Shown here piece by piece: positions 35,734 to 45,965 of a DNA stretch of 64,000 nucleotides. The notes beneath the pieces were generated by a model. It saw nothing but the letters and a program-made list of their open reading frames with translations, did not search any database and had not been told where the DNA came from. How positions within the stretch are numbered: the stretch's first letter is position 1; each line of letters begins with the position of its first letter. Origin of the DNA: a virus; IMG/VR virus record IMGVR_UViG_3300030060_006882, positions 1 to 64,000 of that record; one strand, given 5' to 3'. Both the position numbers and the translations under genes were made by a program.

Positions 35734-36961
35734 CTTTTTGTTTCTTTCTAGATTTGTACGTCTTCTTAGGAGTTTTCTTTTTATTTTGAGATTCCATTTG
35801 CTTTTTTCTCTCTTTTATTTGTTCCAATACTTGCTCGTATGATTTTTTATTGTCATGGATTCTTTGCTTGTGTTCTATTGGCAAAATTCCCGGATCAAAT
35901 GACAACAACTTGTTACAAGCTTGAAGTCCGACTTCAGGAAACCCTGCATAAAAAGCAGTAGCGGCAACTTCATCAAGAACAGCCCAACTATAGACATCAT
36001 TTTGTATGAATAGTATGTCATGTTCTGGATAAGGAATCTCTGCTGCCATTCTAGCATAAAGATATGCGGTTGCATTCTTGTCTTTCATTCTATACAATCT
36101 TGATAAAAACCACAGAGGTTCTGCTCTACTAGGTCTGTGATTGAAACAATCAAGAAATGCTTGTGCTGTCTCTTCTGTTGACCGTTCCAACATTCCTTTT
36201 AATATAGCAACTCTCAAAAGAGAATAATAAACTTCCTCTGGCCATCCACCAAGTTCAACTCTAGCCTCATACGCATCCAGTGCTTTTTGCCATTGTTGAG
36301 AATCAAAATAACTTTGTGCAAGATAGAACCGATATCTTTCATTTTTGGGTTCATCTACAAGTGCAGCCTCTAGAGTTTCTGCATCTCTTTTGTACTTATC
36401 AATTGGATTTACTCCAACATTTCTAGCACCTTCAGTTCTAGCAATAACTCTATAATCACCCGTTATTTTACCAAAATTCATTTCTTCTCTTGGTTTACTA
36501 GTACAGTCTGCATATTCATGAAGAACACCGATATAATTCCAATCGTGTTCTAATTTAAATATTTGATTTCTCCACCAACCAAATTCTGCTCTACCCATAC
36601 TAATTGCATATGCATCGGCATCCATCACATCAGGATATTTAAAGTTACCTTGCATATAATCATCTGCGTCAATTACCCACGCATAGTCAGCATCTGATTT
36701 TTGTGCATTACGCAAAGATTCTGTCCTTGAACCAGTTTTACCATTATGATCACCAAAACCCTTCCAATCAGACTGGTGTACTTCACCGGGAATATTTAAC
36801 TCTTCCATAGTCTTCTTAATTAGATCTTGTGTACCATCAGTGGATCCAGTATCTGTAATATCATAGCGATCAATATACTTAGCCATTGATTTTAGACATT
36901 GATCTATAATATGCGTTTCATCTTTGACAATCATGCATAATGTAACGGTTGGTCGGCTCAT
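35729..36961 (-). CDS. GT2 glycosyltransferase with TPR repeats (protein-glycosyltransferase architecture)
   Basis: TLCMIVKDE, DTGSTDGT, VIDADD, YIGVLHEY, then helical RYRFYLAQSYFD...RPSRAEPL. Confidence 0.85.
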   Translation of the reverse strand: MSRPTVTLCMIVKDETHIIDQCLKSMAKYIDRYDITDTGSTDGTQDLIKKTMEELNIPGEVHQSDWKGFGDHNGKTGSRTESLRNAQKSDADYAWVIDADDYMQGNFKYPDVMDADAYAISMGRAEFGWWRNQIFKLEHDWNYIGVLHEYADCTSKPREEMNFGKITGDYRVIARTEGARNVGVNPIDKYKRDAETLEAALVDEPKNERYRFYLAQSYFDSQQWQKALDAYEARVELGGWPEEVYYSLLRVAILKGMLERSTEETAQAFLDCFNHRPSRAEPLWFLSRLYRMKDKNATAYLYARMAAEIPYPEHDILFIQNDVYSWAVLDEVAATAFYAGFPEVGLQACNKLLSFDPGILPIEHKQRIHDNKKSYEQVLEQIKERKKQMESQNKKKTPKKTYKSRKKQKV

Positions 36962-37836
36962 AATAACTCCATAATCCAAGTTTGTAAATCTACTTTAGGA
37001 ATCCATCCCAATTTATTCGAAATTTTATCAATTATTGCTTGGGTAGCAAAAACTTCTCCTGATCTCTCTTTTATATATGAGCTATTATCTGAAATCATTT
37101 TAGAAATTTCATTTATAGAATAACTTACACCAGATCCAACATTAAATAATTCACCTGAAATTTTATTTTTTTCTGCTGATGATATATTAGCCGAAACAAC
37201 ATCAGAAACATGAATAAAATCTCTTCTTTGTTTTCCAGTTCCGGTTATAGTTAAAGGCAACCCCTGTTTTTTTTGTTTGAGGAACAAACCCAGTACTGGA
37301 GCATAATTACCAGTACTATGTTGACGGTTTCCATATACATTAAAGTATCGTAAAATAGTTGTATGTAGTCCATATAATTTAGAGTACATTCTACACAAAT
37401 CTTCACCTGCATATTTGGAACAAGCATATGGATTTAGTGTAGGAAGAACTTCAGACTCTTCACTTTGAACCATAAATTTACATTTGTAAATAGCAGAGGT
37501 AGAAGAAAATATAAAGTTTTTAACTTGATTATTTTTCGCTGCTTCTAAAACATTAATCATTGCTGATACATTAGTTTCATAACAATGAACTGGATTTTCT
37601 ATAGCATCCTGTATGCTAACATCAGCAGCCATATGAAATACATAATCAACACCCACCATCAATTCATTTACAAGTTTAGAATCAGAAATATCACCAATAT
37701 AGTTATTGGCTAATTTATTCCAATGTCCATTTTCATTAATATCTAAACAAACAGTATCATATCCATCTCTCATCAACCTATCTACTAAGTTACTACCAAT
37801 AAAGCCAGCAGCACCAGTCACAAGAACCTTTTTCAT
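36958..37836 (-). CDS. NAD-dependent nucleotide-sugar epimerase/dehydratase
   Basis: VTGAAGFIGS, SSTSAIY, YACSK, LRYFNVYG, RDFIHVSDV. Confidence 0.9.
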   Translation of the reverse strand: MKKVLVTGAAGFIGSNLVDRLMRDGYDTVCLDINENGHWNKLANNYIGDISDSKLVNELMVGVDYVFHMAADVSIQDAIENPVHCYETNVSAMINVLEAAKNNQVKNFIFSSTSAIYKCKFMVQSEESEVLPTLNPYACSKYAGEDLCRMYSKLYGLHTTILRYFNVYGNRQHSTGNYAPVLGLFLKQKKQGLPLTITGTGKQRRDFIHVSDVVSANISSAEKNKISGELFNVGSGVSYSINEISKMISDNSSYIKERSGEVFATQAIIDKISNKLGWIPKVDLQTWIMELL

Positions 37837-38138
37837 TACAAACTCCTAAAGTAAGTTTCCGAACTTACATTTTTATCATCAATAAACAAATCATATGCAG
37901 GCTTATTCAAGTGAAGTTCGTGGTATTTTACTCCCCACTCTTTAAACTGATTCTCTGTAACTTCTCGCCAGTCAATTCCAGTTATTACACCTCTTGATGT
38001 CCAATAAACAATTACATTTCCTTCATCATATAGCTCATTTATTCTGTCAATCCGTTTTTTAATAGGGATTGAATTTATATAATTTCTATCATCAGGAGAC
38101 TCACAAATAGTTTCATCTATATCAACATAAATTATCAT
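37836..38138 (-). CDS. Minimal HAD-family phosphatase
   Basis: YVDIDETIC, YWTSRG, KPAYDLFIDDK. Confidence 0.8.
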   Translation of the reverse strand: MIIYVDIDETICESPDDRNYINSIPIKKRIDRINELYDEGNVIVYWTSRGVITGIDWREVTENQFKEWGVKYHELHLNKPAYDLFIDDKNVSSETYFRSL

Positions 38139-39598
38139 AATAGACTAATACCAATCTTTCTATCGAATAAATTCAATTTATTAATTTCAGTATCCATATA
38201 TTTGGAGTCATTTAACACATGTGTAGTAGAAACCTCTTCAATTACACATCCGTTTTTACTTCTAAAAGAATGTTCTGCTTTTCTAGAAATAATTTTTGGG
38301 ACACCAAGTTCAAGAGGAACATCTCTACCATTCAAATTTAAGATACAGTCTCCATACAACAATTCAAACGCCTCCTCCTTTTGAATGTGGTGGTGAATTG
38401 GATGTGACTGCTCAGGAAAAACAATAATTATTTTTTTACAATATTCCCTATTCACCTTATCAATTATCAAAGCACCCGTTTCAAAAAATCTTTCTAATCC
38501 ATAGTGACAAGATATTTCTACTTTATCTTTTTCTGATATTTTTATCTTAGATTCATCTAATATTTTTAATGCTTTCCTTTTAATATCTGAGATAATGACT
38601 TCTTTATCAACAGATACAAAGTCTTTTGTATAAACACCAGAATCGAGTTCGATATCATTTGTCGAAACACTTCCGATTACTTCATATAGGTGAGAAGCAT
38701 CCATTTGGTTTTCTTGAGTTGGCATTGCAAAATACAAATCGTCTCGGTGTATAAGCTCCCCTGCTTTAATTTTTCTGTTGACATACATGCCTCTTTTAAG
38801 ACTTCTAAGTGAATCCTTTTCTTCAGTTGAAACTCCGCTTATAGAAGACTGCAATCTCTGTACTTTAACAACTAAATCTTCAGCTTGTTCTGGATTGACA
38901 CTATATTTATTCAGTGATATTTCATCCGTTGGAACACCTACATGCTTTTCTATAATACTACATCCCATAGAAACTGCAAATGGCACCAAGGAATCTTCAT
39001 CTGGAGACTCATGTGTAGAAAAACCTATTTCTATATCATGAAATTCTTCTTGTAACATCCTAATTCTGTTTAGATTAGATTTTTCTACTGGTGTTGGATA
39101 TTCTCCAACACAATGCATAAATGCAAAGTCTCTATCATTTTTCTTAAACAGATTGTATACTTTCTTCAGTAAATCGAACTCTGCTCCAGCAGTCGATATA
39201 ATAATTTTTTTGTTTATCTTACAAACTTCTTCTAATAAAGGCCAGTCATCTATAGAGCAACTAGCAATCTTAATAACATCAATGTCTAGACTATTCATCC
39301 AACACAGAGATTCATTATCAAATGGTGTAGCCATAGTTTTCATACCAGAGTTTCTAATATGATCTACGATTTCACTAAACTGCTCGTATGATAATTTTGT
39401 TTCGTTGAACCTCTTAACGTATTTTAAATCTGATTTTTGATAGTCTTTGTGTATAAAACTTTCCAGTTGTCTAAACTGTAGTTTTATAGCAGACGATAAT
39501 TTATACTTTTTAGATAATTTAGCAAAATCATCTACTATATTCTTTGCATGAGAAACACATCCCATGTGATTATTAGCCATTTCAAAAACGTAAAACAT
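38135..39598 (-). CDS. neuB: Nonulosonic acid synthase (NeuB) with SAF domain and C-terminal cupin
   Basis: FEMANNHMG, IKLQ, TPFD, KIASC, HCVGEYPT, GFSTHE, IEKHV; cupin QSHPIHHHIQKEEAF...EHSF...IEEVSTT. Confidence 0.88.
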   Translation of the reverse strand: MFYVFEMANNHMGCVSHAKNIVDDFAKLSKKYKLSSAIKLQFRQLESFIHKDYQKSDLKYVKRFNETKLSYEQFSEIVDHIRNSGMKTMATPFDNESLCWMNSLDIDVIKIASCSIDDWPLLEEVCKINKKIIISTAGAEFDLLKKVYNLFKKNDRDFAFMHCVGEYPTPVEKSNLNRIRMLQEEFHDIEIGFSTHESPDEDSLVPFAVSMGCSIIEKHVGVPTDEISLNKYSVNPEQAEDLVVKVQRLQSSISGVSTEEKDSLRSLKRGMYVNRKIKAGELIHRDDLYFAMPTQENQMDASHLYEVIGSVSTNDIELDSGVYTKDFVSVDKEVIISDIKRKALKILDESKIKISEKDKVEISCHYGLERFFETGALIIDKVNREYCKKIIIVFPEQSHPIHHHIQKEEAFELLYGDCILNLNGRDVPLELGVPKIISRKAEHSFRSKNGCVIEEVSTTHVLNDSKYMDTEINKLNLFDRKIGISLL

Positions 39599-40240
39599 TT
39601 AACTGTTCCTTTTAGTTAAATTTTCCATATCAAAGGGAGTGTCTATATCTAGAGCATGTTTTATTGGAAAATATAAAGTATCTTCATTATATAAATTCAA
39701 GTTTAAGTTTGGTAGCTCACTACACTCAAACATAGAGACAAACCAAGAAATTCTAAAACACTTTGGATAATCTTGTCTCCTGTATAAGTCATGACAAACA
39801 ATCTGTTTACCCATGTTGTCCTCTAGTTCAAATGCACATAAATATGGGTGATCTTTTACAATTTCTTCTCTACATAGTAAACTTTTTGATTTTTTATTCT
39901 TATACCAATCATAAATTGCCAGAATATCAGACCAAGATCTTTCTGGATATGTTAGGTACATCATTACAATAGTTCCTGTTAATCCATAATCATCAATAAC
40001 CTCTTTTAAACATTCTGTAGTAGAAGCAGTATTAGTTGCACTATTTTCACTTCTTCTATGAACTCTAGTTCCACAATCCAATCCCATAGATTCTATTAAA
40101 TCATCATTAGTAGTTATAATTGTATTGGATATTAAATATTCTTTGGGTATAACCGAAATAGTATTTTCAAGTAGTAATCTATTTTTAAAAGGGATTTCTT
40201 GTGAATCTCTTCTGGCTGGTATAATAAAAGTACAATTCAT
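39599..40240 (-). CDS. neuA: CMP-nonulosonate (acylneuraminate) cytidylyltransferase
   Basis: IIPARRDSQEIPFKN, TTND, TYPER, RRQDYP, LDIDTPFD. Confidence 0.85.
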   Translation of the reverse strand: MNCTFIIPARRDSQEIPFKNRLLLENTISVIPKEYLISNTIITTNDDLIESMGLDCGTRVHRRSENSATNTASTTECLKEVIDDYGLTGTIVMMYLTYPERSWSDILAIYDWYKNKKSKSLLCREEIVKDHPYLCAFELEDNMGKQIVCHDLYRRQDYPKCFRISWFVSMFECSELPNLNLNLYNEDTLYFPIKHALDIDTPFDMENLTKRNS

Positions 40241-40247
40241 TTTAATT

Positions 40248-40847
40248 CTATTCTACAAATTTAACATTATAAAGTTTTCGTAATATATCTTCTTCTATAT
40301 CAATTTGATGGGTACTAAATGGCTTATTTACTTTTTCATAATAATGATCATGATTATCTTGTCTGAAAAAGTCAAACCCATAGCAACTAACCTCATCAAA
40401 TTCTTTGGAAGCAATAACAATAGCACAAAAGCCGGATGTCAATGAATCAATTTTATCTTTGTATTTCAAAACATAATCAGGAACTATAGCCATGTCATTA
40501 TTGATTATTTTTTTTATATTTTTTAGTCCCTCTGAATTAGCATCTTTCAAATATAAAAATTCATTATCTTCAATCAATTGACTTATTTTTATACTTTCCC
40601 ATTTTTCAAATTCGGATGTGTAGTGATCCAACATAGCATTAAAATCAACCATAGAAGAAAGAACATGAGTATTAAGAACTCTCTTGTCTGTTCTAGAACC
40701 CACATGTTTTTCGTATCCACGAACTACAGCTCGGTTACATCTAATTACACAATCATACGAATCGATTTCTTCGCCATATAAGTTATCAAGAATTGAAGGT
40801 CCACTTCCAACTACAGCACATTTACTTTTTTCCATGATACAATCCAA
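40248..40847 (-). CDS. GT29 sialyltransferase-like protein
   Basis: Sialylmotif L CAVVGSG.......GEEIDSYDCVIRCN.......VGSRT; S TSGFCAI..A....DEVSCYGF; III HYYE; VS HQIDIE. Confidence 0.85.
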   Translation of the reverse strand: MDCIMEKSKCAVVGSGPSILDNLYGEEIDSYDCVIRCNRAVVRGYEKHVGSRTDKRVLNTHVLSSMVDFNAMLDHYTSEFEKWESIKISQLIEDNEFLYLKDANSEGLKNIKKIINNDMAIVPDYVLKYKDKIDSLTSGFCAIVIASKEFDEVSCYGFDFFRQDNHDHYYEKVNKPFSTHQIDIEEDILRKLYNVKFVE

Positions 40848-40854
40848 TCAAATA

Positions 40855-41493
40855 TTAAGAGCCATTAGTTCTTGTAAAATGTTCTGGTATTGGTTCTGTA
40901 TAGTTCATCTTGTGATCTCTGCTAGAAAAACAGTAAAGAAGTGAATCATTTGGAATTGTCTCAATAAATTCTCCAGCACTATTTTTAAATCCAAGAGAGA
41001 ATGAATCTGCATATTCTAAATATGTGTCACCTACATTAATAGATTCCCATTTCCTAGACTTTCTTGTTTTTGTTCCCATACCATGAATATTAAACCCGTT
41101 GGATTTATAGAATTCATAATATAAAGCAGGACTAATCGAATAATACCCTCTACCGTAAAACCCAGACAAATTTGAAGTATGAAATACACAACCATTATCT
41201 TTTAGCATATTTGTTATATTTTCAAGAACCATTGCAATGTTAAAACAACAATATAATGTCCCGGAATCTATCACCCAGTCATACTTATTGTGAAATTCTG
41301 AAGGAATTGGTTCATTTAGATTTAACTTATTGGTAGGATTTCCATTTATATCAAATGTTTCTACTTCAGAAAATCCCAAGACATCAAAATTTCCATTTAT
41401 AGCACAATCTCCTAGAATTGCACATACATTTCCATCGGAAAATTGTTTTCTATAAGACTGCAAAAGACTAAAATCTTCTGGTTCAATTGCCAC
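40855..41493 (-). CDS. Methyltransferase-like protein
   Basis: DING....LNLNEPIP.....YDWVIDSGTL...FNI...NI..MLK..G. Confidence 0.6.
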   Translation of the reverse strand: MAIEPEDFSLLQSYRKQFSDGNVCAILGDCAINGNFDVLGFSEVETFDINGNPTNKLNLNEPIPSEFHNKYDWVIDSGTLYCCFNIAMVLENITNMLKDNGCVFHTSNLSGFYGRGYYSISPALYYEFYKSNGFNIHGMGTKTRKSRKWESINVGDTYLEYADSFSLGFKNSAGEFIETIPNDSLLYCFSSRDHKMNYTEPIPEHFTRTNGS

Positions 41494-42301
41494 TATAATA
41501 TTCCTCTAGTTTAACTTTCAAGAAATCAGTATCTGCTGAGACTATTTTTACATTTTCTGGAATCTCTTCATCGTTTTTTTCAACAGAAATTGGATTATAA
41601 TCTACGGTATTATTATAATCATGATAAGAACAAAATGCATCAGATAAATCTTGCAATTTCACATTAAAACATTCATCTACTGAAATTATACCAGAAGAAT
41701 CTATATTGTCAAGAATAGTTTTAGACATTTCAGTTACCATAATAAAATACCTAGAAGGATTATTTACATTAACCCCAATTGGTTCTGAGTTTATCCTTTT
41801 AGTTTCCCATATGTCCAGTACACTCCCCGTAGAAAAGAAAAAATTAACTCCTTGTATCAAAGAATATCCGTTTTCTAACATAGCCTTTTCCATTAGTAGT
41901 TTACTAGATCCATAAACGCTAGTTGGACTTATGGCTTTATCTGTGCTAACAGCAACTATATTTGTTATTTCTAAATCATTTGCTATTTCTATTAAATTCA
42001 AACTACCAATTACATTTGTTTTAATTGTTTTAGTTGGATTGCTCTCACATAGACCTATGTGTTTCATTGCAGCACAATGAATTATGTGTGTTATATTATT
42101 TTCTCTTATAACTTTTCTTAAACTAGAATAATCAGTAGATATATCCAAACAATATGTCTTAACTCCTGGAACATTTTCTTGAAATTTTTTATCTCTAGTT
42201 TCTGAGTGTGAAATTCCAACACAATTTATTTTTCTAGAAACACAATCCTTTGCAATTTGTGTTCCTAAAAATCCAGTAATTCCTGTCACTAAAACATTCA
42301 T
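41483..42301 (-). CDS. UDP-GlcNAc 4,6-dehydratase-like (CapD/PseB family)
   Basis: VTGITGFLG, HCAAMKHI..CE.NP, STDKA..P.SVYGSSK. Confidence 0.8.
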   Translation of the reverse strand: MNVLVTGITGFLGTQIAKDCVSRKINCVGISHSETRDKKFQENVPGVKTYCLDISTDYSSLRKVIRENNITHIIHCAAMKHIGLCESNPTKTIKTNVIGSLNLIEIANDLEITNIVAVSTDKAISPTSVYGSSKLLMEKAMLENGYSLIQGVNFFFSTGSVLDIWETKRINSEPIGVNVNNPSRYFIMVTEMSKTILDNIDSSGIISVDECFNVKLQDLSDAFCSYHDYNNTVDYNPISVEKNDEEIPENVKIVSADTDFLKVKLEEYYSGN

Positions 42302-42313
42302 AATATATTACTC

Positions 42314-43030
42314 CTAAAAGGTAAAATTAGTTCCTGCGGGTATTTCCATTTCATCTATTACGTCTTTAAATGAAGAAAATGATTTCTCATCCCTGAAATA
42401 TATACCTTCAACACAACTATCCCAAGATGCATACCCATTCCTATGCTCTTCTTTATTTATAGAGTCATAGCAATCGAGCATACTCGCTTTCACAGAGCAA
42501 TCAACCTTAAACCTAGCATAAATTTGAAATGGGTAATTAAGAACCTGTGATAAAGTTATTAAATGAGTATTTGCTAAACGTTTCATGTGTGGTAATACAG
42601 AATTCATACTTAATGGCAATGAAATAGTACTGAAGAAAGCAAACTTAGGTTGTGTCCTGTTGAGATAATTAAAAAGTTCTATATGCTGTACGTGATTATG
42701 TTCATCACCAAACGGAGAATGTGTTACTACCAGATCAATATCTTCACTAGTTAGTCCAATATCATTTAAACATTTTAAAAAAGTTTCTTCTATTCCTGAA
42801 AGAGATATTCCACCTCTAGTGGGAATTTCAATATCACCAACGGACCATTTTTTTATGCCGATAGTATCCATGACACTTTTAAATTCAGAATAACGAAACT
42901 CATGATTCCTACCAGTCACACAAATAACAGAAGGTTCTGCTGATTTACTTTGATTTAAAAAATGTAAAAGTCCTCCAACCCATAAACTCTCGTCATCTGG
43001 ATGAGCAACTACAAATACTACATTATTCAT
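42314..43030 (-). CDS. PIG-L/LmbE family N-deacetylase
   Basis: VAHPDDE motif; THSPFGDE..H.QH. Confidence 0.85.
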   Translation of the reverse strand: MNNVVFVVAHPDDESLWVGGLLHFLNQSKSAEPSVICVTGRNHEFRYSEFKSVMDTIGIKKWSVGDIEIPTRGGISLSGIEETFLKCLNDIGLTSEDIDLVVTHSPFGDEHNHVQHIELFNYLNRTQPKFAFFSTISLPLSMNSVLPHMKRLANTHLITLSQVLNYPFQIYARFKVDCSVKASMLDCYDSINKEEHRNGYASWDSCVEGIYFRDEKSFSSFKDVIDEMEIPAGTNFTF

Positions 43031-43719
43031 TTATTTTTTTCCAATATAATAGAAAAGTTTTCTTTATTCATATTAAACTTTAGTATCGAATATCCAAAGA
43101 CATCAGCATGTTTTTCGTAAAAATCATACCACTCAGTACAAGTTTTAATATTTATATGTGCTCCTTTGTACTTGTACTTATCATTACGCAGATATGTATC
43201 CACAAATGCATTTGATATAGCAGTTTCATATAGTACATATTTTTTGCTAACTCGCACAGCTTCTTTTAAACAATCAATTTCCCATTCTACAGGAATATGT
43301 TCCATTCCATCAGTATGCTGAACCAGTTCAAAACTATTATCATCAAAAATACTCAAATCCATTGCATTGCATACAAATACTTTATCTGAAAAATCAGGAA
43401 AATTCTTCTTTAGAAGAGAAACAAATACATCGGATATATCGATGCCAAACACATCTACATTTTCGAATGTCCCAACCCATGACATTACACCTCCAGGTCC
43501 ACTTCCAATATCTAAAACTTTATTAGGTTGCACTTCGCAGACTAAATCATCTTTATTTGAAAAATTGTTTAGAATTTCTAAATACATTTCTGAAACATCT
43601 CCCAAAGATTTAGTCAATCTATCAATTGCAGTAGATCTTTCTGTGTCGGAGCCGTATCCTTGAGATTCAACCAAGTAATTATACTTGATGGTTTCTTGTT
43701 GTTCTAACTTAAATTCCAT
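43027..43719 (-). CDS. Class I SAM-dependent methyltransferase
   Basis: VLDIGSGPG, GIDIS, FDDNSFELV, MEHIP. Confidence 0.85.
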   Translation of the reverse strand: MEFKLEQQETIKYNYLVESQGYGSDTERSTAIDRLTKSLGDVSEMYLEILNNFSNKDDLVCEVQPNKVLDIGSGPGGVMSWVGTFENVDVFGIDISDVFVSLLKKNFPDFSDKVFVCNAMDLSIFDDNSFELVQHTDGMEHIPVEWEIDCLKEAVRVSKKYVLYETAISNAFVDTYLRNDKYKYKGAHINIKTCTEWYDFYEKHADVFGYSILKFNMNKENFSIILEKNK

Positions 43720-44767
43720 GTGTTAAACTTTCATAAAAAGTATTAAAATTTTCAAACTTCATAGCATGTCCATGACCATGACGACTATCCACCCAAGGTA
43801 AATCCGTATAATGTGCTGGCAATCTACTAACTAAATCATCAGTATTTATTAATTCACCATTGAAGATCATATTATGTTTTGCATATAGTTTGTTAAAATA
43901 CCCTTTTAATTTTATGATTGATTCATCACTTAATAGATCAGATTCTATCTCTTCCATATTCATTTTAAAATTATCATAAGATTCTACCGCATCTATTAAA
44001 GTTAAATGTGCATCTTGATATGAATCAAATAACAATGAATTTGTTTCGTTTAAAAAATCTTGTCCACTTCCTTTTTGACCTTTCCAAATTACTACCGGAA
44101 CACCACACAAAAGGGATTCGGGTATGACACCGGGAAAACCTTCCGTCATAGAATATAAAGTAGAAATCTTAGATGATTGATAGAAAAATGCTAGTTGTTT
44201 TTTTGACAATCCTTTAAACTCTAAGTCTTTACCCAATCTCATGAGAGTAAACATATCTCTCTCTTCTGGACTGAACATTTCATAATAAACATCTGCTATA
44301 TCAGTAAAATGATCCTGTGTCGTTTCTTCTTCCCGAGAAGCACAAACTAAAAGTATATTGTACTTTTTACCCATATCATATATTTTTCTTATACTAACAA
44401 AAAAAGATCTTAATTCTTTAACATTACCATTTCTAGAAATGTTTATTATATCCCAATACTTAGGGTAATTAGTTTTAGAAAAGAATTTATTGGAAGTAAA
44501 ATTTCCGCTGGCCATAGGTATTTCAAATACATTCGGATAATTCATATAAACATCAGTTACTGATCTTCTGCCCATATAAAAATCACAAAAAGAAGGATTT
44601 CTTCCATATGAAAATCCTCCATAATGAACTCCAATAAAATATTTATCTTTAAGTTCAGAAATCATCGAATGTGTTTTTTGATCCGAAATAATATAATCAA
44701 CCTCTAAGTGAGTCAATACTATTATTCCTTTATTTCCATTGTCTGGTTTTTTAAATAAATGCGCCAT
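43709..44767 (-). CDS. GT-B (GT4-like) glycosyltransferase
   Basis: EGFPGVIPESLLCGVPVV (E-x7-E). Confidence 0.75.
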   Translation of the reverse strand: MAHLFKKPDNGNKGIIVLTHLEVDYIISDQKTHSMISELKDKYFIGVHYGGFSYGRNPSFCDFYMGRRSVTDVYMNYPNVFEIPMASGNFTSNKFFSKTNYPKYWDIINISRNGNVKELRSFFVSIRKIYDMGKKYNILLVCASREEETTQDHFTDIADVYYEMFSPEERDMFTLMRLGKDLEFKGLSKKQLAFFYQSSKISTLYSMTEGFPGVIPESLLCGVPVVIWKGQKGSGQDFLNETNSLLFDSYQDAHLTLIDAVESYDNFKMNMEEIESDLLSDESIIKLKGYFNKLYAKHNMIFNGELINTDDLVSRLPAHYTDLPWVDSRHGHGHAMKFENFNTFYESLTHGI

Positions 44768-44795
44768 TAATTATCTTTCTGTATTTTTATGCGAT

Positions 44796-45548
44796 TCACC
44801 CTAGTGGTCTATTGTGAACATATATGGCTGTTCTAGTTTCGCCTTCATTCTTTATATCACCACCCGCATGGAAAACATCAGTATCAATTGCAACTAGATC
44901 CCCAAGATCACATTCCACATAAACCGCATCCTCTTCATTAACCGTAACCATCTCCGAAGGAAAATCTACCAGTCGATGAGGCATTCCACCCTGAATACCC
45001 TTCTTATCTGTTTTCCACATCCACTCTTCTCTTATCTTCTTACCTACTTCTCTACTACCGGGAATGACTTTCAATGCTCCATTTTCTGGTGTAGTTTTAG
45101 TAAGGAAGGTTGCATATTTAAATGATTCATATGGATCAACATGCATCCACGATTGTCTACCCAATTCATCTTCTTCTACTTTGCCAATTTCTCTTGAACT
45201 AAAAGTTTGTAAAAACTTATTACAGTTTCCACCATAATATTCATCTACTTGATTTGCCAAAGTTGCATCATTAAAAATTAACTGCGTTAAAACAGGAGTA
45301 TTTTGATAAAAAGAGGAACTTATTCTAAGACCCTTTCCGGGAGGAAAGTCTTTTTCTAATTTAAGATTTCCACCATCACAATATCCAGTACATCCATCCT
45401 GAACATACTCATACAACGAATCAAATTCATCTTTCAGTTTTTTAGACTCTTCAATAGAAAAATAGTTTTTAATAATACAGAAACCATATTTTTTTACTGT
45501 TTCTGCAATTTTGTCAGAATCTTTCTTTTCTAAAATATATTCTTTCAT
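44796..45548 (-). CDS. PhyH-family 2OG-Fe(II) dioxygenase
   Basis: YGFCIIKNYF, MHVD, ENGALKVIPGS, GDLV..DTDVFHAGG, R. Confidence 0.85.
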   Translation of the reverse strand: MKEYILEKKDSDKIAETVKKYGFCIIKNYFSIEESKKLKDEFDSLYEYVQDGCTGYCDGGNLKLEKDFPPGKGLRISSSFYQNTPVLTQLIFNDATLANQVDEYYGGNCNKFLQTFSSREIGKVEEDELGRQSWMHVDPYESFKYATFLTKTTPENGALKVIPGSREVGKKIREEWMWKTDKKGIQGGMPHRLVDFPSEMVTVNEEDAVYVECDLGDLVAIDTDVFHAGGDIKNEGETRTAIYVHNRPLG

Positions 45549-45964
45549 TCCATATCACCCTTTAATTTTTTATATTGATTAAAATCATGAATATAATCCG
45601 ATTGATTATATTCTGTGTTAGATAAAACCAAAAGAACCGTATCTTCGGTAGTATATACTTGCTCATCCCAGATCATTTCTGGAATATATAAAGCTTGCTG
45701 TGGAGATTCTAATAAGTAGCTTACTTCTTTGTTTTCGTCTTTACAGATAACTTTAACTTTTCCTGATAAACAAATCAATAATTGTTTAGTCTGGATGTGT
45801 GCATGTTTTCCTCGTATTTTGTTATTTGCAACTCCATACACGTAAAATACTCGTTTTATATCAAAAGGAATATCCTTTCCCGACTCGATAGGACATAGAA
45901 TACCACTTTCATTTAATATTGCATTTGTATTATAAAAACTAACATCATCAACAGAAGTACACAT
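45545..45964 (-). CDS. dTDP-4-keto-6-deoxyhexose 3,4-ketoisomerase (FdtA/QdtA cupin)
   Basis: IPFDIKRVFYVY, RGKHAH, ALYIPEMIW, VLLVLS..EY...DYI. Confidence 0.88.
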   Translation of the reverse strand: MCTSVDDVSFYNTNAILNESGILCPIESGKDIPFDIKRVFYVYGVANNKIRGKHAHIQTKQLLICLSGKVKVICKDENKEVSYLLESPQQALYIPEMIWDEQVYTTEDTVLLVLSNTEYNQSDYIHDFNQYKKLKGDME

Positions 45965-45965
45965 T

